A stretch of DNA of 43,363 nt from Promethearchaeota archaeon (GCA_048941265.1 JBHLNT010000018.1:1-43363), one strand, 5' to 3'. Shown: positions 17,883-27,762, counted from the first letter of the stretch. Notes: generated from the sequence alone by a model not told the origin. Translations and numbers: made by a program.

Positions 17883-19088
17883 TTAATTATGCTTATTAAT
17901 TTTTCCTGGGGTACTTGTTGGATAATTCTCAAATTTTTTACCCCATTCTGTCTCCATGAATCCTCTAATCCTTTTTTTACCGACTGTAGGATACCAAAAC
18001 ATGTCATGATACACCATTGAACCCAAAATGGGTAAAACCATAAAGAGTTTGTTATGCATTAATGGATGTAAAAAAGATAATTTGCCTTTTCTTACCATCT
18101 GATCACCCCAAATGACCAAGCTGCGCTTTACTTCGAATTTCCAGTTTAATTCGGACACATCCTCTCCAATAATCTCAATTTGATCAAAATCTCCACATCC
18201 CAAACCTTCATCATGGGCAATTTTTATAGCGGGAAGAGACATGGGGTCAAAGCCCATCATTTTAGCAACAACTGCATCAACAGCAACTTGGTCATAACCA
18301 GCGAGCAAATAATTTTTTATGCACGGTATCATGGTCCTCGGTCCTGCACCATCTCCACAAACGGTTCCATCTACAACTGCCATAATTTCGGGGTGTATCT
18401 GTTTCTGTATTATTAGAAGATCTACCAATACCTCCGACATATATTGATGACTAAAATGACGTCTTTTTGTCAAAAGACCTCCGAAGGCGTTCTTAAGAGC
18501 GCATGTTATACCTCCATTCTTTAACGCTTCATTGGTCTGTTTTAAAGAGCCTCCGACAGCGCCAGTATGACCGTGTGTTTTCATGGTGGGAGTATGAATA
18601 ATTGGCTTCCCAAGATAAAATTGTGGTATTTTAAATCCTTTTGGAAATATCTTAGAATCTAATACGTGTAATTCTTTATCTTTTAATGTTTCAAATTTTG
18701 AACGTAATTCGTCATTATAGGGAATGAACGGAACTCTGGTTAAAGGAACGAACCAAGCTCCATATTTTTTAATTATTGATTCCCAGCGATTTCCGGAAAG
18801 CCCTTTTGCGATATTTGTCACCACCGTCCTGTTTTCAGCGGTAAAGATTTTTTTCGGGTCATAACCATCTTCTAACATGGTCTTTAAGACTCCTTCCACT
18901 TGCCAAGGTGGGCTAGAGCATGCGGGAAAGAATTTCGACCAGCTAAGGTTGAGTTTAATGATGGTTTTAAGGTCTTTTGGGAATCGTTTTTGATATTGAG
19001 CGAGATGCATCAATTTAGAGTAGTCATCTAGAACAGTATCTGGTGATGTTTTTATGACGAAGATTTGAGGTTTATCTGACATTATCAT
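17883..19088 (-). CDS. DUF362-domain protein (no ferredoxin module)
   Basis: IIKLNL, PTMKTH, ITCALKNAFG, RHFSH, VVDGTVCGDGAGP, DQVAVDAV..KMMGFDP, AHDEGLG. Confidence 0.85.
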   Translation of the reverse strand: MIMSDKPQIFVIKTSPDTVLDDYSKLMHLAQYQKRFPKDLKTIIKLNLSWSKFFPACSSPPWQVEGVLKTMLEDGYDPKKIFTAENRTVVTNIAKGLSGNRWESIIKKYGAWFVPLTRVPFIPYNDELRSKFETLKDKELHVLDSKIFPKGFKIPQFYLGKPIIHTPTMKTHGHTGAVGGSLKQTNEALKNGGITCALKNAFGGLLTKRRHFSHQYMSEVLVDLLIIQKQIHPEIMAVVDGTVCGDGAGPRTMIPCIKNYLLAGYDQVAVDAVVAKMMGFDPMSLPAIKIAHDEGLGCGDFDQIEIIGEDVSELNWKFEVKRSLVIWGDQMVRKGKLSFLHPLMHNKLFMVLPILGSMVYHDMFWYPTVGKKRIRGFMETEWGKKFENYPTSTPGKINKHN

Positions 19089-19092
19089 GCAT

Positions 19093-19779
19093 TTAAAAGT
19101 AGAATCCCTTTTTTAATTTATTGAAAACGGTTTTAGCATGTACAAAAGGACTTGAAAGTACTCCCATGCTTTTTGATTTATTTGCTAACAAACTTTTTCT
19201 AATATTTTCAAGAGAATAGTCAGCATCACTAATGACCGTATAAGCATTTCCAATTTCCTCATTTGAATGAGCATCAGAGCCACCAGTTTCAAAAAGTTGA
19301 TGCTTTTTATTAAATTTTCGTGCTTTGTTGATGCATTTTTTAAAAATTATTCTAGAATTAATTATTTCTATACCATCTATATATTTTTTGATAATATTAT
19401 CTGGTAATAGATTAATTTTTAAACGATTATCTCTTAAAAAATCAAATGGATGAGGAACGATAACTAATCCATTATTTTCTTTTACTTTTTCAACTATACC
19501 AAAAAAATCATTCTCACTAGTTTTAATTTCTTCATTAATAAAAATAGCAATGATTTCTCCAATGTGAGTTTTAATTTCCATTCCTGGAATGATGATTAAT
19601 TCATTATTATGATTTTTTTTTTTTAAAATATTATATGCTTTTAAAGTATTATGATCAGTTATGGCGAACCCATCCAATTTCTTAATTTTGGCAAATTTTA
19701 AAGCAGATTCGGGAGCGATTAATGAATCTCCAGAATAAATAGTATGTAAATGTAGGTCCAATTTAATAATATTCAACAA
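19093..19779 (-). CDS. PHP-domain metal-dependent phosphoesterase
   Basis: DLHLHTIYSGD, AITDHN, GMEI, VPHPF, IEIINSR, GGSDAH. Confidence 0.92.
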   Translation of the reverse strand: MLNIIKLDLHLHTIYSGDSLIAPESALKFAKIKKLDGFAITDHNTLKAYNILKKKNHNNELIIIPGMEIKTHIGEIIAIFINEEIKTSENDFFGIVEKVKENNGLVIVPHPFDFLRDNRLKINLLPDNIIKKYIDGIEIINSRIIFKKCINKARKFNKKHQLFETGGSDAHSNEEIGNAYTVISDADYSLENIRKSLLANKSKSMGVLSSPFVHAKTVFNKLKKGFYF

Positions 19780-19787
19780 GGTTTACC

Positions 19788-20735
19788 TTAGAATAAATTA
19801 TTTATTAAGAGTATAAATTCATCAAAATAAAAAGAATAGGACAGAATTCCTACAAAAAAAACTCCGGCAATAATCATGCCTTTATCGAGAAATGCTTTCT
19901 CAGTATTTCGAGCAATTTCAGGTTTAGCTGATGTTAAATACATATATCTGAAAATTACATATAAAATTAATGGAATTGTTAAAATTGCTAAATATTCGTG
20001 CAGATTGACTCTTTCTGCTGCAAATAGATTAAAATGAATGATAAGATAAAGAGAATAAGTAATAAATAGTGAACCTGCTATTATCACATGAAACTGTTCT
20101 AATAGTTTAATTGAATACTGGTCATAGCTTTTCTTATGAGCAATAGCATTTTCTTCACCTAAAGAATTCAATAACATAAGATCTCCCTTTCTTTTAGCGA
20201 TAACTAGAAAAAGAGCTATTTCAAATATTGCCAAGAATAACCAAGGTGAGATAAAAACATCAATTAAAAAGCAGCCTGCTAAAGCACGCCATAAATAAAT
20301 TATCGATAAACATAAAATATCAATAAAAGCATATTTTTTAAACACATGATTATATAATTGTCCAGTTATTATAACTAATAATATCATTATAGCAAAATTC
20401 CAGTTAGATATAATGAATAAGAGTGAGAACCCAATTATTGCTGTTAATAAAATTAATAATAATAGAGCAAATGTTACTGAAATCTCTCCTGAAGCGAGAG
20501 GTCTGTTTTTCATTTTTTCAGGATGCCTTTGATCCTTCTCTATATCCCTAATATCATTTATAATGTAATTAATAGATGAAGCACAGCATAATAAAATAAA
20601 TCCTAGAAAGAGAATAGGGTAAAGAGAAAAATCTAGTAAACTTTCACTAAAAAAAGCTCCCCAGAAAATTAAAGTATTTTTATAATATTGTCTGACACGT
20701 AATAGGTTAAGAATATTTTTAATTCTACTAGACAT
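19788..20735 (-). CDS. UbiA-superfamily polyprenyl-phosphate phosphoribosyltransferase (DPPR synthase-like)
   Basis: LRVRQYYKN, YIINDIRDIEKDQRHPEK..RPLASG, K...FID, RALAG, SPWL, KRKGDL, YSLY, FRY: pattern of the DPPR synthase branch rather than DGGGP synthase. Confidence 0.82.
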   Translation of the reverse strand: MSSRIKNILNLLRVRQYYKNTLIFWGAFFSESLLDFSLYPILFLGFILLCCASSINYIINDIRDIEKDQRHPEKMKNRPLASGEISVTFALLLLILLTAIIGFSLLFIISNWNFAIMILLVIITGQLYNHVFKKYAFIDILCLSIIYLWRALAGCFLIDVFISPWLFLAIFEIALFLVIAKRKGDLMLLNSLGEENAIAHKKSYDQYSIKLLEQFHVIIAGSLFITYSLYLIIHFNLFAAERVNLHEYLAILTIPLILYVIFRYMYLTSAKPEIARNTEKAFLDKGMIIAGVFFVGILSYSFYFDEFILLINNLF

Positions 20736-20762
20736 TATAAATTTCTAAAAAACGCATTTAAA

Positions 20763-23279
20763 TTAAAGTTTATTAACGTAAAAAATGCTCCTTGGTTTAA
20801 ATTTATGCAAGATTTTATATCCCAGTCTGCTAAACATACTTGTTTCAGATTTTAATTGCATCATAGCAGTATTATAGTCAAAAGTTATTAATTCTAATGA
20901 GTTATATTCGATAGTTTTTTCTTTGCCGAATATATTTTTAACAATAATACTATTCTGGGTTTCAATTTCTTCATTGTTGACGTTTTTCTTTAAATTACTT
21001 CTGTTAACATTTACCAATTGAATGTAACCTATTTCTAAATTATTTACGGGTTTCTTAAGGTAAATATATGAAAAAACCTGATTTTTTATCATCCAATTTA
21101 TTAAATCAATCTCAGAATTTCGAAAATCTAAATTATTACTAATGGAGAGATAAATCGTCTTAGGGCGAATTATTAGATCTTTTAGGTAATATTTAATACT
21201 ACTTTCATCTAAAGAATTTTTTAGTTCTATCTCGTAATCATCTAAAATTTTTGCTAATTTCACATTTATGCATTTAAAAACTTTTAATTTTCCTTTCATT
21301 TTAAGGAAAACATCCATATCCTCAAAACTCTTTATTATTTCATCTGAATTGGGCAATTTCGTTTTTCTAATAGGTTTTAAGATTTTTTTACCCTCAGCAA
21401 GAAAAAGATAATTTCCCCCTTTTTTATCTTCATTCAAAAGGATATCATTTAAGATAAACGGTGTGTTTTTAAAATAATATCTTTCACCAAATTTTATCCT
21501 AATTTTACTAAATATAGAAGCATTAAGATATTCTTTTTGATTAGTTTTTAGATTTGTAATAATGTATTGATCAGCATCGCATACTTCATCAAGAAATTGA
21601 ATATCATCTAATCTGCCGATAATTAGTTCCTCTGTAATTAAATTTTTAAATATAAATTCATTGTTAAGTTCATATTTATATAATGTTTTTCTTTCAAGCC
21701 GTTCGATTATTTTTGATATATTATTAATATCAAATAACTCCTTAAATTTCTCATTAGCTATAATTTTAAATGCTTTACGTGCTTTTTCAAATTTCATTGC
21801 ATATTTAATTTGTTTTGATCTTTTTAAACAGATAAATGGAAGCAATGCTTCTTTACCAGGTTTCAATTCGTCACTTAAAATTGCTGCGATTCTAAAATAT
21901 GAAGGAGGATGGGAATTCATAAAATTAGCTAAAAGTGATCCTCTGGAAGGTTTAATCATTGAACTATATAAATATTCTGCTGTTTTAATATAGTCTAATA
22001 TTTGATTTTCTCTTGTTATTTTTTCATCGCATAATAGCATTGTATTTAATCCAAATTCCCGACCTGTTGCATAAAAGCTTTCTAAATTATAAAGTGCTTT
22101 AGCAAGTTCTTTTGCATAACCAGATTTCTTTGCATACAAATCAGCATTTCCTTCTAGGATTCTTACGAAAATATAAATGAACATATAGATCACGATATTA
22201 AGGAGGATAAAATATATCATTGGAATTTTCGGATTACCAAAAGTATAATCATAATAAGTCGCTGGCAAATCTAAGATCATACGTATAAATAAATCAATAG
22301 TAGCTATAAAAGTTAAAATAAGAGTATGATTTCCCTTTGTATGGGATAATTCATGTGCAACTATTCCTTTCAACTCATCTTCAGGTATTTGATCTTTTGA
22401 TTCCGCAATAACAGCAATTCTTTTATCAAAAAAGGAACCGTAAGCCAAAGCATTTAAAATCGGATATTTACCAAAACCAACCTTAACTTTTCCTTTAATC
22501 CCAATATCATTCTTAACATTTTCAACTAAATTTAATAACTCTTCATCATCTACTCGTTTGATTCCTAATAATTTGTCAAGAATTGGACCAGAAATGAAAT
22601 ATACTATCCAATTAACTATAATTAAGACTGGATATATTAATTGGACTTCAAATGGACCAAAAGGAGTATGGATACTAAAATCGATTAGAGTATATTGGTT
22701 AATAAAAATCACTGCTAACCATGCGATAATGTATAAAAATAATGTGAGATATGCTGGACTCATGAACCTCCATACTATAATATATTTTCTTCCAAATAAT
22801 ATAAAACCTAAGCCAAGAATAATCCAAAATGAAAAAGCAAATGCAGTATTAAGATAAAATGGATTATTTAAATATGCAGAAAATAATCCAGCTATGAATA
22901 TTACATTGTATGTTACTAAAGATATTACTAGAATTTTATTTAGGATTGGATAATCTTTCAACTCAAATATTCCAAACCATAAATATATACTAAAAGCACC
23001 CATCAATGAGGTTAAAAGGTCTTTCGTGAAGAAGAAAATTAGAAAGAAGAAAAATGCAATAGCAACAAGATCACTCATTTCGCTACGGCGCCCTATCTTT
23101 GCCCAATGCACGAATTCTTGAATTGTAATAAAATAAAGGAAAACTACAACATAGAAACTCCAATCAATAAAAATTTCAGACCAATCTGGTTGAAAAAAAA
23201 TAAATCCAACCAAGTAAAATGTAATTATTGAGCCAAAAATATAAAAAATTAATAGTAAATACCTTGCTACCTTTTTCAA
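20763..23279 (-). CDS. M48 (HtpX/Ste24-like) zinc metalloprotease with N-terminal multi-TM domain and ~300-aa soluble C-terminal extension
   Basis: LNALAYG, ELKGIVAHELSH (HExxH), EGNAD (third ligand), LAKALYNL, SHPP..FRI. Confidence 0.88.
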   Translation of the reverse strand: MKKVARYLLLIFYIFGSIITFYLVGFIFFQPDWSEIFIDWSFYVVVFLYFITIQEFVHWAKIGRRSEMSDLVAIAFFFFLIFFFTKDLLTSLMGAFSIYLWFGIFELKDYPILNKILVISLVTYNVIFIAGLFSAYLNNPFYLNTAFAFSFWIILGLGFILFGRKYIIVWRFMSPAYLTLFLYIIAWLAVIFINQYTLIDFSIHTPFGPFEVQLIYPVLIIVNWIVYFISGPILDKLLGIKRVDDEELLNLVENVKNDIGIKGKVKVGFGKYPILNALAYGSFFDKRIAVIAESKDQIPEDELKGIVAHELSHTKGNHTLILTFIATIDLFIRMILDLPATYYDYTFGNPKIPMIYFILLNIVIYMFIYIFVRILEGNADLYAKKSGYAKELAKALYNLESFYATGREFGLNTMLLCDEKITRENQILDYIKTAEYLYSSMIKPSRGSLLANFMNSHPPSYFRIAAILSDELKPGKEALLPFICLKRSKQIKYAMKFEKARKAFKIIANEKFKELFDINNISKIIERLERKTLYKYELNNEFIFKNLITEELIIGRLDDIQFLDEVCDADQYIITNLKTNQKEYLNASIFSKIRIKFGERYYFKNTPFILNDILLNEDKKGGNYLFLAEGKKILKPIRKTKLPNSDEIIKSFEDMDVFLKMKGKLKVFKCINVKLAKILDDYEIELKNSLDESSIKYYLKDLIIRPKTIYLSISNNLDFRNSEIDLINWMIKNQVFSYIYLKKPVNNLEIGYIQLVNVNRSNLKKNVNNEEIETQNSIIVKNIFGKEKTIEYNSLELITFDYNTAMMQLKSETSMFSRLGYKILHKFKPRSIFYVNKL

Positions 23280-23450
23280 TGAAAATACCTATGGAACTTA
23301 ATTTATTGCTATAAATCTTAAAATATTAATTTAAACCTATAAAAATACGTAAGAATCGTTCATTAAAACACAAATTATTATGGTTAAGTAAATGATAATT
23401 AATTTATAAAATGACAACTTGTATGGTCAAAAAATTATATTTTTTGTATT

Positions 23451-24815
23451 TTATGCTTCAAGACTTTTTATCTTATTAATTTGAGCCCAAAAATATCGAA
23501 TAGTCATATAGTACCAGATTAATAGCATAGGAAAATAGAGTAAAAATGAAAAGACAATATTGGCAGGTACTCTCACAACTAATAAATTGATATCTGGATA
23601 TTTTAGGGGCATAATAAATAAATCAATAATTATTAAAAAAGCCATACTCGCAAGTAATAGTATGATCATTAAAAAGATAATTCCTCTAATTCTTGGAAAT
23701 TTATATAATAAAAATGATGTAGGAATTATAAAAATGCATATAATAGTAATTGGTATTATAAGATTTAGCTTACCACTTGTCCATTGCATTAATAGAACGG
23801 CAATAATTGAGAAAAATCCGCATATAATGGAAATTACATAAAAATTTTTGACTAATTCTGGTTCTGTTAAGGGTCCTTTCACAAGAATTAACCTAGGTAA
23901 CGTCAAGGCAGCATCTCTTTGATCAGATGCCTTAATTAGATCATTTTCTAATAAAATAACATCATGTTTAGTTTCTATAATTACAGAACTTTCAATAAAA
24001 CCTTTAACAGAACTAATCACATAAAAACTATTAAATACGTGAATTAAAATAGCACAGAATACAGCAACTTCAATAGAGCCAAATAATGCAATACATGCAA
24101 TCATAGCTCCCATACTCAACGTACCAACATCTCCAGGGAAAATTTTTGCGGGATATTTATTATATAAATAAAAGGGAATAATTACTGCAATCGCAACTAT
24201 AGAAAAGAGTAATGCTTCTGCCGAATCCCATATTATGGCACATATTAAAATAAAAAAAACGGCTATTAAACATGTTCCACTACCTTCACCATTATACCCT
24301 TCCAACATATTTACCGTATTAGCAAAGACTGCTATTATTATTGGAATCAATAATGGATATATTATAGTTAATCTTGTTGCTCCGAGAAAAGGAATAATAG
24401 GTGACGAGATATGAATAAAACCGAAATAATTGGCAAAAAAAATAAAACTTCCGGTAAAGATGGTTAAAGCGATTTTATACCTCGATCTCAATTTAATTCT
24501 ATCATCTATCAGGCCAATTATTCCCGCTAAAATAACGGTTAGTATAAAAATTAAGATCTCATTAAAAAATTTCGGGAATAAGGTCAATAGCAAGACAGAT
24601 GAGATAAATATTCCGATAACCATACTAATACCGCCGGATTCTGCTACCTCTGGATTCTCATTTTTATGGATATCATATCCAACATATCCTTTTTTTTTCA
24701 TTATTTTAATTAAATAGGGAATAAGCAACAGAGTCACTATAAACCCCGTCGCAAAAACTATTAAAATATAGAAAATTTCTAATAATCCCCATTTCATTTC
24801 GGATATTCTTAACAT
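23451..24815 (-). CDS. aglH: UDP-GlcNAc:dolichyl-phosphate GlcNAc-1-phosphotransferase (AglH/ALG7/DPAGT1-like, MraY superfamily)
   Basis: GYDIHK...VAESGG, IGLIDD, NTVNMLEGYNG, NKYPAKIFPGDVGT, LTL...E.ELV. Confidence 0.82.
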   Translation of the reverse strand: MLRISEMKWGLLEIFYILIVFATGFIVTLLLIPYLIKIMKKKGYVGYDIHKNENPEVAESGGISMVIGIFISSVLLLTLFPKFFNEILIFILTVILAGIIGLIDDRIKLRSRYKIALTIFTGSFIFFANYFGFIHISSPIIPFLGATRLTIIYPLLIPIIIAVFANTVNMLEGYNGEGSGTCLIAVFFILICAIIWDSAEALLFSIVAIAVIIPFYLYNKYPAKIFPGDVGTLSMGAMIACIALFGSIEVAVFCAILIHVFNSFYVISSVKGFIESSVIIETKHDVILLENDLIKASDQRDAALTLPRLILVKGPLTEPELVKNFYVISIICGFFSIIAVLLMQWTSGKLNLIIPITIICIFIIPTSFLLYKFPRIRGIIFLMIILLLASMAFLIIIDLFIMPLKYPDINLLVVRVPANIVFSFLLYFPMLLIWYYMTIRYFWAQINKIKSLEA

Positions 24816-24956
24816 TTTATGTATTTTTATTGATTTGTTTTGCTAAAATCCTTTAATAAATAGTTTTAAAATTTAAAATATTTGTTTCATAAAAACCTTT
24901 TATTTTTTAAATATCAATTTGGATCTAATGTAAAATTATGAGATATATAAATAAAA

Positions 24957-25059
24957 TAGCCCGGCACGGATTCGAACCGTGTTTGCGATACGTCTCGTAA
25001 TGAGTCATATAGTCGCGGGGTTCAAAGCCCCAAATGCTTGGCCACTACACCACCGGGCT
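24957..25059 (-). tRNA. tRNA-Gln(UUG) with 30-nt intron (24982-25011); CCA not encoded
   Basis: Acceptor AGCCCGG/CCGGGCT, D-arm GTGTAGTGGCCAAGCAT, anticodon arm TGGGG-CTTTGAA-CCCCG, T-arm CACGG-TTCGAAT-CCGTG; removing 30 nt gives a 73-nt tRNA with variable loop CGAC. Confidence 0.93.
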
Positions 25060-25068
25060 TTAATGATT

Positions 25069-25692
25069 TTATATGTTAAAAGGTTTTAGGTCTTGGTTTA
25101 AAAATTCATCATCTAATAAATTTTTATTGGTTTTCAGAAATTCAATCTCTTTTTGCTCATCTCTATATTCATCAGGGAGCATTTGTGGTATTGTCTCTAT
25201 TATGGGAAACCAACGATAACATTTTTCACAAAATAAAATTCCGGATTCGATTTCAGATTCGATTTTTAGCTTATTTATTAAATAGAGTTCAGGTAAAATT
25301 TCCTCTACTTTTTCCTTATTTAAATTTTTAGAGAATTCTATTATCCGCTGCTTAATCACTGTTCTTGCAATATCAAGAGTTTTTTTGCTTATATCATAAG
25401 GAGATTTATCCCTAATATTGATCAATTCATTAAGGCTTGAAATTATCAGATCAAGATACACTTCTAGTGTATTTTCTTCAATAATAACATTATCTTTGAG
25501 GTAAAGGTTTTGATCTTTCTTAAGAATTTTTATAATATCTTCCTTTTTAATCTGTTCGATATCTCTTTTGTCATAAATATTTAGAAATGATTCAAAATCT
25601 TCTGGTTTATTTTCATAGTTGAAAATAAAAAGTTTTAAAGGAAAATGTTTATCAATTGGACAAGCAAGAATATCAAATAGCCAAGGTTTCAT
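25069..25692 (-). CDS. trm112: Trm112-family methyltransferase activator with long internal insertion
   Basis: MKPWLFDILACPIDK.FPLKL and EIESGILFCEKCYRWFPIIETIPQMLP separated by ~125 aa; ATG at 25692 follows GGAG. Confidence 0.85.
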   Translation of the reverse strand: MKPWLFDILACPIDKHFPLKLFIFNYENKPEDFESFLNIYDKRDIEQIKKEDIIKILKKDQNLYLKDNVIIEENTLEVYLDLIISSLNELINIRDKSPYDISKKTLDIARTVIKQRIIEFSKNLNKEKVEEILPELYLINKLKIESEIESGILFCEKCYRWFPIIETIPQMLPDEYRDEQKEIEFLKTNKNLLDDEFLNQDLKPFNI

Positions 25693-25742
25693 AATAATCT
25701 CCAAAATTATTAAGAGATTAAATTCGTATAAATTTTATGATA

Positions 25743-27608
25743 TTATAGAAGATAACTCCTTAATTGTTGTATATTTTTATCAATACTTCTGTCTATTCTT
25801 TTTCTTCTATTTAAAAAATTTTCAGTTAAATTAAGATATGCCTTTCTTGAGGGAAGGCGTCCTCTTCTATATCTAACTTCTAAAAGATTTAAACTATCAT
25901 TAACACTTAAACGCTCTGCTTCAAGTACCTCTATTTTGCTAATTATATTTTCAAAGGTGGCATTTGTATCTCTTACAATTTTGCTAAATGGAATAATCTC
26001 TTTTTCAATTTCTTCTATTTTTTTTGTATTTTTATCTAAAATATTTCGATACTTCTTTTTAATTATCTTTTTTCTTCTTAAATCTTCCTCTGCTTGCCTG
26101 ATTTCTATAAGGAGTGCATTTCTTTCGTCATATAACGAGCAAAATTCACGTATTTCATTAATTGGAAGTAATTCTTTTCTAAAAGCAGCATAAGCTACGG
26201 ATTCTTTTCTTGTTTTAACAAAAAATACATATAAGGATGAGATTAGCGAGATAAGAATAAAAAATACGATTGGCCTTAAACTCATATCTAAATAATTAAG
26301 TGTATATGTAAATTGAATTTCATATTCTTCAGATGGAACGATATAATCAGATTCATAAACTAATATAATAGAATTTTGAGAATGTTCGATAGCAACGGGG
26401 GGTTCAGACACATAATCTAAACTAAAACAGCCCTCAATAACAAGTTTAATCGTTTGATCTCTTCCCAAGTATTCATAAATTGAGGTTAATAAATCCATTT
26501 TAATTGAAATTTGAAACCAATTTAATGAATAGTATTTTTCAAAAGGTAAAAAGTATTGAATGGTAAATTTGAATTTTGAACCTGGAGTAATATCAGCCCG
26601 ATTTTCCGATAAATCAATATATAAATCTTTATATGTTAAATTATAATAGTTTTCCTCAGGGTCTATAGTGACTCCTAATATCTCACCTAAATCATCATAA
26701 ACTTTTACCTCCTTAGCAGGCCCTGGAATTTCAAATTCTAATTCATTAAAGTCAATCGCACCTTTGTTTCTAATCTCATAGTCCTCCGTTACTTTAATAA
26801 TACCCCAAGGAGAGATATAGATTTCTCTTATTATTTCATTAAATTCCAATCTTGTTACCTCATCATCAGATAACAGAATTTCAATTTGTTCACCACCTTC
26901 CAAATTTTCTAAAAAAGGTTCAAGATGATCTTTACTAGGTGAAAAATCTGCTAAATTAAAAGTAATCGTGTCTTCTGCGCTATCTTCCTTACCCCAATCT
27001 GATTGGGTTGTTAGAGCAGTATCAGGTATTTTGTATATAGCTTTTATACTACCTTGGGCTCTATAAGGCATAAGAGGATAAACATAACCAGTGAAATTTA
27101 TTTGTTGAATTACGGATGGTTCTTCAGTATAAATTAACATATCTTTATAAGAATGCAGGATTTTTAGCTCTATCGCTTCTTGGGGCCGTAATGGCGAATC
27201 GAAATATATTGCAATCATTTCAAAACCTTTCATAACCACCTCATTCTGTTCAATAGATAAAGTGTTCCCACCTTCTCCTCTTGCTTCAAAAAAGACTAGA
27301 TTATCAACCTGAGTTAATGGCACTCCGAAATATATAGCTGTAATCGGATTATCATTTTTATTTTGAATTTTAATCGTGTCTTCAATATTTACTAACCCAA
27401 ATCCGTTCAATTCAGCTTCTCGATCAATTTTAGTAATTAATATATTATCTGCTCCCTCTAAACTTGCTGCAATTTTTGGGTGTTTGTTATCTTTTAAATC
27501 ATAATTTTGATCATAATTAACCCTTGATGAGGAGGGAATTAATGAAAAACCAATAATCATTAAAATTATTCCAGTGAAAACAAATAACACTATTTTTTTC
27601 CTAAACAT
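25743..27608 (-). CDS. Ribophorin I (OST1/RPN1)-like type I membrane protein
   Basis: N-terminal signal/hydrophobic segment, two related beta-rich luminal units (REAELNGFGLVNIEDTIKIQN; REIYISPWGIIKVTEDYEIRNKG...VYDDLG), single TM, helical cytosolic tail. Confidence 0.8.
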   Translation of the reverse strand: MFRKKIVLFVFTGIILMIIGFSLIPSSSRVNYDQNYDLKDNKHPKIAASLEGADNILITKIDREAELNGFGLVNIEDTIKIQNKNDNPITAIYFGVPLTQVDNLVFFEARGEGGNTLSIEQNEVVMKGFEMIAIYFDSPLRPQEAIELKILHSYKDMLIYTEEPSVIQQINFTGYVYPLMPYRAQGSIKAIYKIPDTALTTQSDWGKEDSAEDTITFNLADFSPSKDHLEPFLENLEGGEQIEILLSDDEVTRLEFNEIIREIYISPWGIIKVTEDYEIRNKGAIDFNELEFEIPGPAKEVKVYDDLGEILGVTIDPEENYYNLTYKDLYIDLSENRADITPGSKFKFTIQYFLPFEKYYSLNWFQISIKMDLLTSIYEYLGRDQTIKLVIEGCFSLDYVSEPPVAIEHSQNSIILVYESDYIVPSEEYEIQFTYTLNYLDMSLRPIVFFILISLISSLYVFFVKTRKESVAYAAFRKELLPINEIREFCSLYDERNALLIEIRQAEEDLRRKKIIKKKYRNILDKNTKKIEEIEKEIIPFSKIVRDTNATFENIISKIEVLEAERLSVNDSLNLLEVRYRRGRLPSRKAYLNLTENFLNRRKRIDRSIDKNIQQLRSYLL

Positions 27609-27690
27609 AAAATATCTTAACTTTCTACAATTAACTTAAAATAATTAAAACAATTAATAAAAATTTATTAAATTTTTATTCTTATTAATT

Positions 27691-27706
27691 GAGAAAGCTT
27701 TAAAAT
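27691..27706 (+). promoter_or_regulatory. Putative BRE + TATA box for Sec61beta
   Basis: GAGAAAGCTTTAAAAT about 57 nt upstream of the ATG at 27763; the AT-rich background lowers specificity. Confidence 0.4.
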
Positions 27707-27762
27707 TTTAGTGGATTATTTATTATATATCAAGTTGAATTCAATACCAAGAAATTTTTATA

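Noticed and set aside
19788-20735. UbiA protein as DGGGP synthase for archaeal ether lipids
   Set aside because: RQYYKN, HPEK..RPLASG and KRKGDL match the phosphoribosyltransferase branch; the second Asp-rich motif of DGGGP synthase is not evident.
24982-25011. tRNA insert read as a long variable arm (tRNA-Sec/Ser/Leu-like)
   Set aside because: Anticodon TTG and the A1-T72 acceptor fit Gln, the acceptor/T stems are standard 7/5, and the insert is too long and fits a splice motif.
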